From Gammaproteobacteria bacterium (lineage in GTDB: Bacteria > Pseudomonadota > Gammaproteobacteria > Arenicellales > JAJDZL01): 64,000 nt of DNA. The DNA lies in assembly GCA_047517965.1 (NCBI GenBank), contig JAKZRU010000015.1, positions 10,982 to 74,981 on the forward strand, written 5' to 3'. Under the pieces are notes generated by a model that searched no databases, was not told the origin of the DNA, and saw only the letters and a list, made by a program, of their open reading frames with translations. Shown here one piece after another: positions 39,551 through 48,704 of the stretch. Position numbers and translations under genes: made by a program. Positions within the stretch are counted from its first letter, which is position 1. Every line of letters starts with the position of its first letter.

Positions 39551-40480
39551 TTATGCTTCGAGAACGCTTTTCTTGCCGAACAGGCCGCGGGCTCGGAAGG
39601 TCACTACCGCGATCAGCAGTAAATACATGGACATGAGCGACCATTCGGACGCATAGGCGCCGGTAATGCCAACAGTCAAACCTACAAGCAAGCTCGCGAT
39701 GACCGCACCCCAGAAACTGCCGATTCCACCCAGGACGATGATCAGGAAAGCTGGCACGACGACATCGACACCGACATGCGGCCGAAGCCCCCAGATAGGC
39801 GTAAGCACAATGCCAGCGATGGCGGCAAGCGACGCACCGAAACCGAATACGAACAGCCGTAGTAAGGTCAGATTGATGCCTAACGCGCGTACCATTTCGC
39901 TGTCGTGGGCGCCAGCTTTGATGATGGCACCGTACGGAGTCTTCTGCAGGAACAGCCAGACCGCAAAGATCACCGCAGTGGCGAAGCCGGCACTGAAGAA
40001 ACGATACTTCGAATAGATCATGCCACCAAACAGGAATGCACCGCCGATGGCGTCAGGTGTCGGCATGATTTGTTCTCCCGACCCCCAGATAATACGAATC
40101 AACTCTTCAATGACAAGTGCCACACCGAAAGTTAGCAACAAGCCGTAGAGAGGATCCTTTCCATAGGTACGCCGCATGCAGATTTCTATCCCGAATCCGA
40201 CGATAGCGATGAGAGCAGGCGCAAAGGCAAGTCCGACGATGTACCGGGCGGTTAGCGGCAATTCTGTATACCACGTCCCCATCGCCCCGAGCCAAGCCAG
40301 ATCCGGATTGATTATGGCCATGGCCGCATATGCGCCTAACGCGAACAACGATCCGTGCGCCAGATTGATGAGTTCCATGACTCCGACAATCAACATGAAA
40401 CCGATCGCGATCAGGGCAAACAGTAGTCCGAGCGACAGGCCATTCACCAGATGCGGAAGCAAATTTTTGATCAGTTCCAT
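39551..40480 (-). CDS. Branched-chain amino acid-type ABC permease (LivH-like)
   Basis: NLAHG, LLLTFG, LGIN, IIVLGGIGS. Confidence 0.9.
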   Translation of the reverse strand: MELIKNLLPHLVNGLSLGLLFALIAIGFMLIVGVMELINLAHGSLFALGAYAAMAIINPDLAWLGAMGTWYTELPLTARYIVGLAFAPALIAIVGFGIEICMRRTYGKDPLYGLLLTFGVALVIEELIRIIWGSGEQIMPTPDAIGGAFLFGGMIYSKYRFFSAGFATAVIFAVWLFLQKTPYGAIIKAGAHDSEMVRALGINLTLLRLFVFGFGASLAAIAGIVLTPIWGLRPHVGVDVVVPAFLIIVLGGIGSFWGAVIASLLVGLTVGITGAYASEWSLMSMYLLLIAVVTFRARGLFGKKSVLEA

Positions 40481-40535
40481 GATTCCAACCAGCGCTGTCG
40501 ACCAAGTTTCGCGCTTGTGAGATTATAGGGTAAGT

Positions 40536-40574
40536 TTCCCGCCGGCATTCAGCGAAGCCATCCGCCGGCGGGAA
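40536..40574 (-). terminator. GC-rich hairpin just downstream of SBP gene
   Basis: TTCCCGCCGGC (40536-46) / GCCGGCGGGAA (40564-74), perfect 11-bp inverted repeat. Confidence 0.5.
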
Positions 40575-40581
40575 CTGGAGA

Positions 40582-41880
40582 TCAAGCGTCAAAAGTCGGC
40601 GTGTCCTCGTAGGACTCCAATTGTCCCTCTTCTTCTGCTTTCATATCGGCTACACCCGTCGGCGCTGACTGGCTTACAACACTGAAAACATCCTCCGGGT
40701 CTTCGGTGCCTGCGTTGGCGGTGGCAAGGTAAATAGTCTGCTGCATTTGGTGAGTCTCTGGATTGATCCACGCGTCATGATGCTGCATGCGGTCTTGGGC
40801 CGAAACTTTGAGGCCTTCAAGCTGCTTGATGATCATGATATTGTTCGTCGATCCTGCAGCCTCGATCGCATTCAACAGGGACTTTGTGGCCATATAGCCG
40901 TTGTAGAAGACGTTGCCTGGTACCTTCATTCTGGTTTCTGGATAGGCTGCCTGGTAACGTGCCACGAACTCGGCAACACCGGGCAAGTCTAGCTTGTAGT
41001 ACCACGTTGTGCCAAATACACCAAATAGATTCTCAATCGGCAGGCCGTATATATCGGGCCAGTCCTGCTGATTGTTGATCCAAGCCATTTTTGAGCCAAG
41101 CCCCAATTGAGCGACTTGCTGGCGCATGGCTTTTTGGTCATCGCCTCCAACGGCAGCAGCGACAACTTCTGGAGCCGCCTGCTGAATCTTCAATAGAAAG
41201 GACGAAAAATCACGAGTTCCCTGCGGCACCATGATCTCGTCGATGATCTCTCCACCGAATTGATCGACTAGGCTCCGGGTTGCATTCGAGGTGTTGTGTC
41301 CCCAGACATAGTCGTTGGTCAATAACAGCCATTTCGTGCCGTAGGTGTTGATTGCATTCTTTACGGCGGCTTGCGCGAAATTTCGACCGTTGCCGTCCCA
41401 CACGAATTTCACCCGGTGCTTGTTTTTACCGCTTTCCGTTGGTGATGATGAATTGGTGTTGAGATAGATGCAACCGTATTTCTGAGCCACTTGACTTATG
41501 GCGTTGGCCACACCGGAACTGACGGCACCGATAAGAAAACCACATTCCTCGCGAGTGATCAAGCGCTCAGCGACGCGCGAACCGGTTGCCGGAGTAGTTT
41601 CTGTATCGATGTGCTGCGTTTCAATCTGCCGGCCTAGCACTCCGCCATTAGCGTTGGCTTCGTTGATAGCCATCATCATACCGCGGCGGTCCGACGCCCC
41701 GGAATTGGCGTACTGTCCGCTGGCGTCCGAGGTGATTCCGATCTTGATCGGTTTTTCTGCGGCTGACGCATACATTCGATTGTGTTGCCAAGGGCCGAAA
41801 AACGCACCAACGGTACCCACGGATGCGACTCCCATGCCTTTAAGCATGTTTCGCCTTGAAGTATTTAATTTTGTTGTCAT
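40582..41880 (-). CDS. LivK-type ABC substrate-binding protein with Tat signal
   Basis: SRRNMLK twin-arginine motif, PIKIG, EANANGGVLGR, GTRDFS; GGAGG RBS before ATG 41880. Confidence 0.9.
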   Translation of the reverse strand: MTTKLNTSRRNMLKGMGVASVGTVGAFFGPWQHNRMYASAAEKPIKIGITSDASGQYANSGASDRRGMMMAINEANANGGVLGRQIETQHIDTETTPATGSRVAERLITREECGFLIGAVSSGVANAISQVAQKYGCIYLNTNSSSPTESGKNKHRVKFVWDGNGRNFAQAAVKNAINTYGTKWLLLTNDYVWGHNTSNATRSLVDQFGGEIIDEIMVPQGTRDFSSFLLKIQQAAPEVVAAAVGGDDQKAMRQQVAQLGLGSKMAWINNQQDWPDIYGLPIENLFGVFGTTWYYKLDLPGVAEFVARYQAAYPETRMKVPGNVFYNGYMATKSLLNAIEAAGSTNNIMIIKQLEGLKVSAQDRMQHHDAWINPETHQMQQTIYLATANAGTEDPEDVFSVVSQSAPTGVADMKAEEEGQLESYEDTPTFDA

Positions 41881-41981
41881 GATTTCCTCCAATATTTTCT
41901 GTAATTCGAAATCTTTAATGTGCCGAACGAAATTTTTATGTCGCCATGGTTCGGTCGGCTCACACCACGGCTGCAAGCGAA

Positions 41982-42884
41982 TTACTCGCCGAAAATCTTA
42001 ATGTTGTTCAGTTTGGATTGTGCCTCAATAAGTGAACCGACATACTGATCAGCCAACCCTAGGTTGGCCGCCTGGACGTACGCGTGATGGACGGCGTTAC
42101 CGAGATTACCTGTCAGGGGTACATCCTCGGTCATCCGCGTGTAATAACGAAGGTCTTTGCTGGCGTTAGCAACCGTGAACATAAGTCCGGCGTAATCGCC
42201 TTCCTCCATGGCCCGGGTAATAATTCTTTGAAAAATGCCGCAATTCGCCCCACCGGCGCTGATGATGTCGTAAAAGCCTTTCTTATCGATCCCGGTGGCA
42301 GCAACGGAAGCCATGGTTTCGGCGATCAATGCGACGATTCCCATGGCCATAAAGTTGTAGATGAGCTTTACCCGAATAGCGGAGCCCATGGGTCCTGTGT
42401 GCACGATATTAGCGGCGAAGCACTTGATGATGGGCAACACCTCTCGATATATCTCCTCGGAGGCACCGACCATGACGTTAAGTGCACCTTCTTCCGCCTC
42501 TTTCGGCGTCAAAGCGAGAGGAGCATCGACCAATTCAGCACCTTTCCGCGACAAGTCCGCCGCCACACGCTCGGTCGTTGCGGGTTCGTTTGTCGTACAG
42601 TCAATGACGATCATGCCGTCGCGAACGCCCTCCAAAAGTCCATTTTTCCCGTAGACGACTTCTTCCATCTGTGGAGCGCCGGTCACGCAAATAATGACTA
42701 CATCGGCAGATTCTGCTATTTTTTTCGGCGAGGATTCTTCAAGGACACCTCGGGTCAATAGATCCTCCAAGGGCTCACGATTTCGATGCGCCATGGCAGT
42801 CACCGGAAATCCTTTTTCCTGAAGATTCTTTGCTATGCCGTGACCCATCAAACCGATACCAATGAAACCGATTCGTTTAGACAT
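41982..42884 (-). CDS. NAD(P)-dependent oxidoreductase, 3-hydroxyisobutyrate/tartronate-semialdehyde reductase family
   Basis: IGFIGIGLMG, DCTT, DAPL, KL..N, KDL. Confidence 0.88.
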   Translation of the reverse strand: MSKRIGFIGIGLMGHGIAKNLQEKGFPVTAMAHRNREPLEDLLTRGVLEESSPKKIAESADVVIICVTGAPQMEEVVYGKNGLLEGVRDGMIVIDCTTNEPATTERVAADLSRKGAELVDAPLALTPKEAEEGALNVMVGASEEIYREVLPIIKCFAANIVHTGPMGSAIRVKLIYNFMAMGIVALIAETMASVAATGIDKKGFYDIISAGGANCGIFQRIITRAMEEGDYAGLMFTVANASKDLRYYTRMTEDVPLTGNLGNAVHHAYVQAANLGLADQYVGSLIEAQSKLNNIKIFGE

Positions 42885-42906
42885 TTGTTATTCTCCACAT
42901 ATAATT

Positions 42907-42918
42907 GAATAAATATTC
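42907..42918. promoter_or_regulatory. Candidate RpiR/IolR operator in divergent promoter region
   Basis: GAA-TAAATA-TTC, resembling the core of the rhizobial IolR motif GGAA-N6-TTCC; lies in an AT-rich spacer. Confidence 0.3.
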
Positions 42919-43032
42919 GTAAAGTATATAATGACAGAATATTTCTTTATTGTCAATAAATAAAATATTTGTTTAAATCTAAGACGATGAATTTCTGTTG
43001 CTCCATAACGCACGGAACAAAATGAGGACAAA

Positions 43033-43896
43033 ATGAGCGAACGTACGAAAACGAAGCTGCCCGATACGTATGATGGACTCAAGGCGCTCATTACCGAGCG
43101 GTATCCCGAATTTCGAGGCCAAATGAGGCGGATCGCTGAACACGCTATTGAAAATCCCAACGACATGGCACTGAAAACGGTTGCCCAGATGGCCGAGGAC
43201 ATCGGTGTGCAGCCGTCGAGCATGGTTCGATTCGCTAAAGGTCTCGAATATGATGGATTCAGTGCCCTCCAACATGTGTTTCGCAACCGTTTGATCAACG
43301 CGAATTCGAGTTATGCGGAACGAATCCTATCGCAACGACGTGGACAGGAACTCACGGAGCATGCAGATGCTTCGGACGTCGTATTGAACAATTTCGTAGA
43401 ACAGGGGATCGCATCACTTGAAACATTGCGTTTGCAAACACCTCCTACGCGTATTGATCAGGCCATACAGATTCTGGCTGGCGCCAAGGATATATACCTG
43501 TTGGCGCAGCGGCGTGCATTTCCAGTGGCGTTCTATTTAAGTTACGCGCTCGCGCAGTTTGAACGACGCTGCGTGCTGTTAGATGGCATCGGTGGCATGC
43601 TGAATCAACAAGCTGCTCAGGCGACGCCTGAAGATGCCATTATTGCAGTCAGTTTTCGACCCTATTCGTCATCGGTCGTAGGAGTCGTCACTGATCGATT
43701 TGAAGCGAGCGTTCCCATAGTATCCATCACCGACATCTCGCTTAGTCCGCTCGCGATGGAATGCTCTGTATTCTTCGAGACGTTCGAGCGCGAAGACAGC
43801 GGTTTTCGTACTTTGATGGCCCCAATGTGCCTTGCGCAAACACTTGTTGTCGGTCTAGGCCATTATCTGGCAGCGCTGGAAAACGGCGGAAGCTAA
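43033..43896 (+). CDS. RpiR/MurR family transcriptional regulator (IolR-like)
   Basis: HTH (VQPSSMVRFAKGL.YDGFS) plus SIS domain (AQRRAFPVA, VSFRPY, ITD..SPL); directly upstream of iolC. Confidence 0.88.
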   Translation: MSERTKTKLPDTYDGLKALITERYPEFRGQMRRIAEHAIENPNDMALKTVAQMAEDIGVQPSSMVRFAKGLEYDGFSALQHVFRNRLINANSSYAERILSQRRGQELTEHADASDVVLNNFVEQGIASLETLRLQTPPTRIDQAIQILAGAKDIYLLAQRRAFPVAFYLSYALAQFERRCVLLDGIGGMLNQQAAQATPEDAIIAVSFRPYSSSVVGVVTDRFEASVPIVSITDISLSPLAMECSVFFETFEREDSGFRTLMAPMCLAQTLVVGLGHYLAALENGGS

Positions 43897-43898
43897 AC

Positions 43899-45782
43899 AT
43901 GAGCGAGCGCTCTCTTGATGTGATCTGCCTTGGTCGTTCATCCGTCGATCTCTATGGCGAACAGATCGGTGGTCGTCTGGAAGACATGCAGACTTTCGCG
44001 AAATATGTAGGAGGTTGTCCTGCCAATATCGCTGTCGGCACAGCGCGGCTTGGACTCAGGAGCGGTCTGATAACCCGCGTGGGGGATGAGCAGATGGGCC
44101 GCTTTATCGTTGAAACGTTGGACTTCGAGGGAGTGGATACATCCCGTATAACCTTTGATCCCAATCGCCTGACCGCTTTGGTGATTCTTGGCATTCGTGA
44201 CCGTGAGACTTTCCCGCATATATTTTACCGGCCCGATTGCGCGGACATGGCGATACGTTCCGAACACATTGATGAAGAATACATCGCATCCTCCAAAGCG
44301 CTCTTGGTGACCGGCACCCACCTGTCCAGAACAGGAGTGGAGGAAACGAGCCGAACTGCCATCGCCTATGCGCGGGCGACTGGCACTAAAGTAGTGCTCG
44401 ACATTGATTATCGCCCGGTGCTTTGGGGCCTAACCGGGCATGCGATGGGCGACAACCGATTTGTCGCCGACTCGTCCATCACCCGAAGGTTGCAGTCGGT
44501 TCTGCCGGACGCCGACTTGATTGTTGGTACAGAAGAGGAAATTCATATCACCGGCGGATTCGAAGATACAAACGAAGCGCTTCAAACGATTCGCAGGCTA
44601 AGCAACGGGATCATTGTGTGCAAGCGAGGAGCATTGGGTTGTACTGTTTATGATGCTGCCATTCCGGAAAACCTTGAAGATGGTATTTCATTCGATGGAC
44701 GCCCGGTTGCAGTTTTAAATACACTGGGCGCAGGCGACGGGTTCATGAGCGGATTTTTGCGAGGGTGGCTCGCGGATGAAGATTTGGAAACTTGCTGCCG
44801 CTATGCCAACGGCACTGGAGCACTGGTTGTATCACGCAATGGCTGCGCCCCGGCCATGCCCAGTTGGCGCGAATTGCGCGTATTTTTGGATAACGAGTTT
44901 TCCGTTGCTGATTCTGACGGTCCTGGTTTAGATCAGATCCACCGCACTACAACACGGCAACGCTCATGGCCAACGGTACAGGCGCTGGCCTTCGACCATC
45001 GTTTTCAATTCGAGCAATTGGCGGATCGACACAATACTGATTACGATCGAATCTCCATATTCAAGAGCTTAATCGCAGATGCCTTCTGCAATGCCGCGAA
45101 TAATGTCAAAGGCGCCGGTGCAATTGTAGATTCCCAGTATGGTGAAAAAGCTCTCCATCGCTTGACTGGCAACGGCTACTGGATTGCTCGTCCGGTCGAA
45201 CAACCGGGATCACGACCGCTCAGGTTCGAATCGAACAACAACATCGGTCTCGAACTCCGCACGTGGCCAGCTGAACACGTGGTGAAATGTCTGGTTTACT
45301 ACCATCCAGACGACCCCGAATCCTTGCGCGCGGAACAAGAGAGCAAACTACTTGAACTTTTTGAGGCTTGTCTGCTTACCAATCATGATCTGCTTCTAGA
45401 GGTAATACCGCCCAGTAACCTGCCGCGAAATGCGGTAACCACTGCACGAATCCTCACGGCCATGTATGATCGAGGGATCTATCCGGACTGGTGGAAACTT
45501 CCTCCCGAAAACGATCCATACGAATGGAAGTCGACGTGCGATGTCATCGCACATCACGACCCCCACTGCAGAGGAATCGTTATTTTAGGCCTGAATGCTC
45601 CGGAATCGGAACTGGCCCAGTGTTTTGACGCGGCTCGAAAGCAGCCCCTTTGCAAAGGATTTGCCGTCGGCAGAACAATCTTCTGGGAGGCTGCCGAAAA
45701 TTGGTTCGCCGGCCACATGAGCAGTTCCGAGGCAGTCAAAACGATCAGCGAATCTTTCGAACGCCTTGCCGCTAAATGGTGA
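43899..45782 (+). CDS. iolC: 5-dehydro-2-deoxygluconokinase with C-terminal DUF2090 aldolase-like domain
   Basis: GRSSVDLYG.QIG.RLED, PfkB-type NTLGAGDGF, LAFDHR, PDWWKL, GFAVGRTIF. Confidence 0.92.
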   Translation: MSERSLDVICLGRSSVDLYGEQIGGRLEDMQTFAKYVGGCPANIAVGTARLGLRSGLITRVGDEQMGRFIVETLDFEGVDTSRITFDPNRLTALVILGIRDRETFPHIFYRPDCADMAIRSEHIDEEYIASSKALLVTGTHLSRTGVEETSRTAIAYARATGTKVVLDIDYRPVLWGLTGHAMGDNRFVADSSITRRLQSVLPDADLIVGTEEEIHITGGFEDTNEALQTIRRLSNGIIVCKRGALGCTVYDAAIPENLEDGISFDGRPVAVLNTLGAGDGFMSGFLRGWLADEDLETCCRYANGTGALVVSRNGCAPAMPSWRELRVFLDNEFSVADSDGPGLDQIHRTTTRQRSWPTVQALAFDHRFQFEQLADRHNTDYDRISIFKSLIADAFCNAANNVKGAGAIVDSQYGEKALHRLTGNGYWIARPVEQPGSRPLRFESNNNIGLELRTWPAEHVVKCLVYYHPDDPESLRAEQESKLLELFEACLLTNHDLLLEVIPPSNLPRNAVTTARILTAMYDRGIYPDWWKLPPENDPYEWKSTCDVIAHHDPHCRGIVILGLNAPESELAQCFDAARKQPLCKGFAVGRTIFWEAAENWFAGHMSSSEAVKTISESFERLAAKW

Positions 45783-45937
45783 CCGTAAACTTAGTGTGGG
45801 GGATAGGCGTATGTGCATCGAATTGGAACTAGAACTACGAAAATATTCTATCCCACGTATACATGAGGACGTAGCTGAATATGATGCCTGTTGACCGTGT
45901 CAAATGTATGATTTATATAGCAATTAAAGGAATTTTC

Positions 45938-46097
45938 TGTTAACTGTCACTGAAAAATGACCCCTAACGTGACTCAATATCCACCACAATTACTTGTTCC
46001 GCCCTCAAGTGTGAATCCAGTGAGTTTCTGAAATCTCCCGCTTCGATTCCCCGATTCATCAGGTTCGATTCTTGAACCGACAATTCTCGTTGCCCAA
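45938..46097 (-). mobile_element. IS21-family right-end remnant (terminal IR plus istB 3' tip)
   Basis: TGTTAACTGTCACTGAAAAATGACCCCT (45938-65) resembles IS21/IS1326-type ends; minus strand 46097-46059 reads LGNENCRFKNRT*, like the IstB C-terminus G-N-x-S-x-R-F-K-x-R. Confidence 0.6.
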
Positions 46098-46152
46098 TCT
46101 AGATAATTTGGGACCAGTTTATTTAAGTTTGCAAAATTTAAAGTGATTGAAA

Positions 46153-46290
46153 TTACTTAATTTTCTTAAATTCTCTATCTCTAGCCGCAAACATCGCTCT
46201 TGCTAGGTCTTTTGGGTCTGATGGCATTGGATAGTTTTCCTTTGGAACTGCCTTGGCGGGCTTAGGTTGTTGCGTTGTTTTTAGTTTCAT
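46153..46290 (-). CDS. Small 45-aa hypothetical protein downstream of IS1595 transposase
   Basis: ATG-TAA ORF MKLKTTQQPKPAKAVPKENYPMPSDPKDLARAMFAARDREFKKIK; below ORF-track cutoff. Confidence 0.35.
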   Translation of the reverse strand: MKLKTTQQPKPAKAVPKENYPMPSDPKDLARAMFAARDREFKKIK

Positions 46291-46442
46291 TAAAAACTCT
46301 CTTGGGTCTATTGACTAGGTAGAATCGCTTGATTTCCCTTTGTATTGACTGAATCCAACTAATTTGAATTTCTTTTTGTGGTTTCTCATCTTTGCGAATG
46401 ACAAAAGGTGGAAGTTTAGGCCTCTCCTTGTTCAATATTTTT

Positions 46443-47178
46443 TCAATACTGAATTTCCGGGTATTTGCCCGCTAATTCTCCGAAAGTACTACTATCCCTG
46501 ATATTGTTCCGGTCAGCAAACTCAATCACATATCTATGTACACTACCGAGTCTTTTTCTACGTTCTATTGAATGAATCCCTGCAGGATATCTTTGCCAGT
46601 CAATTCGTTTGGCCTGGCGGATATATTTCCAGAAATTCTTGACCTGCTCCCAACTACTACCGCTTTACCTGCGCTTTCTCTACTTGGATTGAACTTTTAG
46701 ATTTGTTTTTGTTACTTTCCTTACCGTCGATGCAAGTTCCATCAACTTCTACAACACCCAATAATTAATTACTTTCCCGCGCCCAACACGCTCTAATTCG
46801 TTTCTCCAAATTCCATGCACTTTTCTGAGTAATTCCCAAATCTCTATGAAGTTTCATACTAGACACACCTTTCAAATTAGTACACATCAGATACATCGCA
46901 ATGATCCATTTTCTCAACGGCAACCGACTGGATTGCATTACCGTTCCTGTTTTAACACTGAAAAATGAACGGCAATTAGAACACCAGTAAGGCATAGATT
47001 TATGATTCTTTGCTTCTCTGGTATTTGTACTTCCACAATGTCCACAATACCTCTCCTCTGGCCAGCAGATACTTTCAAACCACTGCCTTGCCGAATTTTC
47101 ATCAGGAAAAATATCAAACAATTCAATGACCGAAATTCCAGTTCGATTACTTATTCCGGGTGCATTGTGTTTACTCAT
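46443..47178 (-). mobile_element. IS1595-family transposase pseudogene
   Basis: Zn-ribbon CGHC..CSNC, SVKTGT, GVSSMKLHRDLGITQKSAW; past the TAA at 46765 the frame continues GVVEVDGTCIDGKE..VVVG..VYID with further stops, then YVIEFADRNNIR in another frame. Confidence 0.88.
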
Positions 47179-47350
47179 AGTTTGTCCGGATTTGTTCGTT
47201 CTATCATGTATCCAAATTATAATGAGAACGAACTTTCGTCGCAAACTTAAATATATAAAAATTTAAGTCAATATTACCATGACACAAATCTCCTTTTGTG
47301 AATCAACCACGAAACTTCTATTTCGAACATCACTTTTCAAAGCTACTTGA

Positions 47351-48646
47351 ATGAATATTGAATTAATCCCTGTTTTAGTCGGCATGGCTATCGGAGTGCT
47401 GATCGCAGTCCCGTTGACAATCTTGCTGGATAGACGCCCTTCTCGAGCTCGAAATAAAAACGATGAGTTGATACAGAATGTGATCCGATTGGAAGCCGAA
47501 CGCGACGCGCAACTGCAAAGAGAGCAAGCACACATTACTGAATTGAACAGCATCAAAGCCAAACTTGAGCAGAATTTCAATCAGCTTGCCGAAACTGCGC
47601 TGAACAAGAACAGTAACACATTCCTCAAACTCGCAAATGCGAACTTCGAGAAATTCAAGCAAGAAGCCGGCAGTGATCTGGATTCCCGCCAGGAATCGAT
47701 TAAAAATCTTGTCAGACCGCTCAATGAGAATCTTAGCCGATTTGAAAAATCAGTGAAGGACATCGAACTCAGTCGAACAAAAGCCTACACCTCACTTGAG
47801 GAGCAGCTGAAATTCATCAATGAATCCCATACGGGACTCAAAGATGAAACCACTAAATTGGTACAGGCATTGCGTCAGCCCAAGACGCGCGGGAGATGGG
47901 GAGAAATACAGCTACGAAATGTTCTTGAGTTAGTTGGTATGAAGGAGCATATAGACTTTGTACAGGAAAAATCTTTTGAGACGGATGAGGGTCGCAAGCG
48001 GCCAGATGTAATTGTCCAGCTCCCCGGTGATCGATGCATCATTATTGATGCCAAAACTCCGCTGGATGCCTATCTCTCCGCAGTGGAGGCAGAGAGTAAA
48101 ACGGAGCAGGAAGAATTCAACAAATCTCATGCGAGACAACTGCGGGAGCAGATAAAAAAACTTGCCAATAGTGATTACCAGAAATACGTGCCAAATACTC
48201 CCGATTTCGTAGTCATGTTCATTCCTGGCGAGTCTTTCTATTCGACCGCACTGGAATATGATCCCAATTTGTTCGAATTCGCTTTGAAGCATGAGGTACT
48301 GATTACAACTCCAATGTCGCTCGTTTTGCTATTGAAGGTGATTGTTCTTGGCTGGCAACAGGAAAAGATGACAGAAAATTCGAGAGAAATTGCCCGAATT
48401 GGCCGTGAACTGTATGATCGTCTAGCCGTATTCGGAATTCGTATCAATGATCACAGCAAATCTCTGGCTAAATCAGTGGAAACCTTCAACAAGGCAGTCG
48501 GCTCAATGGAAAGCCGGGTGCTGCCCTCGGCACGAAAACTGGAATCACTCGATGTAGTGCCGCCAAACGAGAAAATGCCTGCGCCAACTACGGTCGAGTC
48601 ACAACCTCGACGTACATTGAAATACCATCAATCAGTTGAAGACTAA
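47351..48646 (+). CDS. rmuC: DNA recombination protein RmuC
   Basis: N-terminal TM plus coiled coil, RGRWGEIQL, RPDVIVQLP, IIDAK, DFVVMFIP.E. Confidence 0.93.
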   Translation: MNIELIPVLVGMAIGVLIAVPLTILLDRRPSRARNKNDELIQNVIRLEAERDAQLQREQAHITELNSIKAKLEQNFNQLAETALNKNSNTFLKLANANFEKFKQEAGSDLDSRQESIKNLVRPLNENLSRFEKSVKDIELSRTKAYTSLEEQLKFINESHTGLKDETTKLVQALRQPKTRGRWGEIQLRNVLELVGMKEHIDFVQEKSFETDEGRKRPDVIVQLPGDRCIIIDAKTPLDAYLSAVEAESKTEQEEFNKSHARQLREQIKKLANSDYQKYVPNTPDFVVMFIPGESFYSTALEYDPNLFEFALKHEVLITTPMSLVLLLKVIVLGWQQEKMTENSREIARIGRELYDRLAVFGIRINDHSKSLAKSVETFNKAVGSMESRVLPSARKLESLDVVPPNEKMPAPTTVESQPRRTLKYHQSVED

Positions 48647-48704
48647 GCAAGCAATTAACTCACTGATATGAGTAAAGTGCGAGAGACCATTCTCTGATAA
48701 ATCT

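Noticed and set aside
42084-43298. Long antisense ORFs (e.g. 42084..42761, 42888..43298; likewise 53379..54104 and 36524..37039)
   Set aside because: Shadows of well-supported genes on the opposite strand in GC-rich DNA; no motifs
46100-47300. Terminal inverted repeats and target duplication for the IS1595 remnant
   Set aside because: Only very short matches found; element ends cannot be defined
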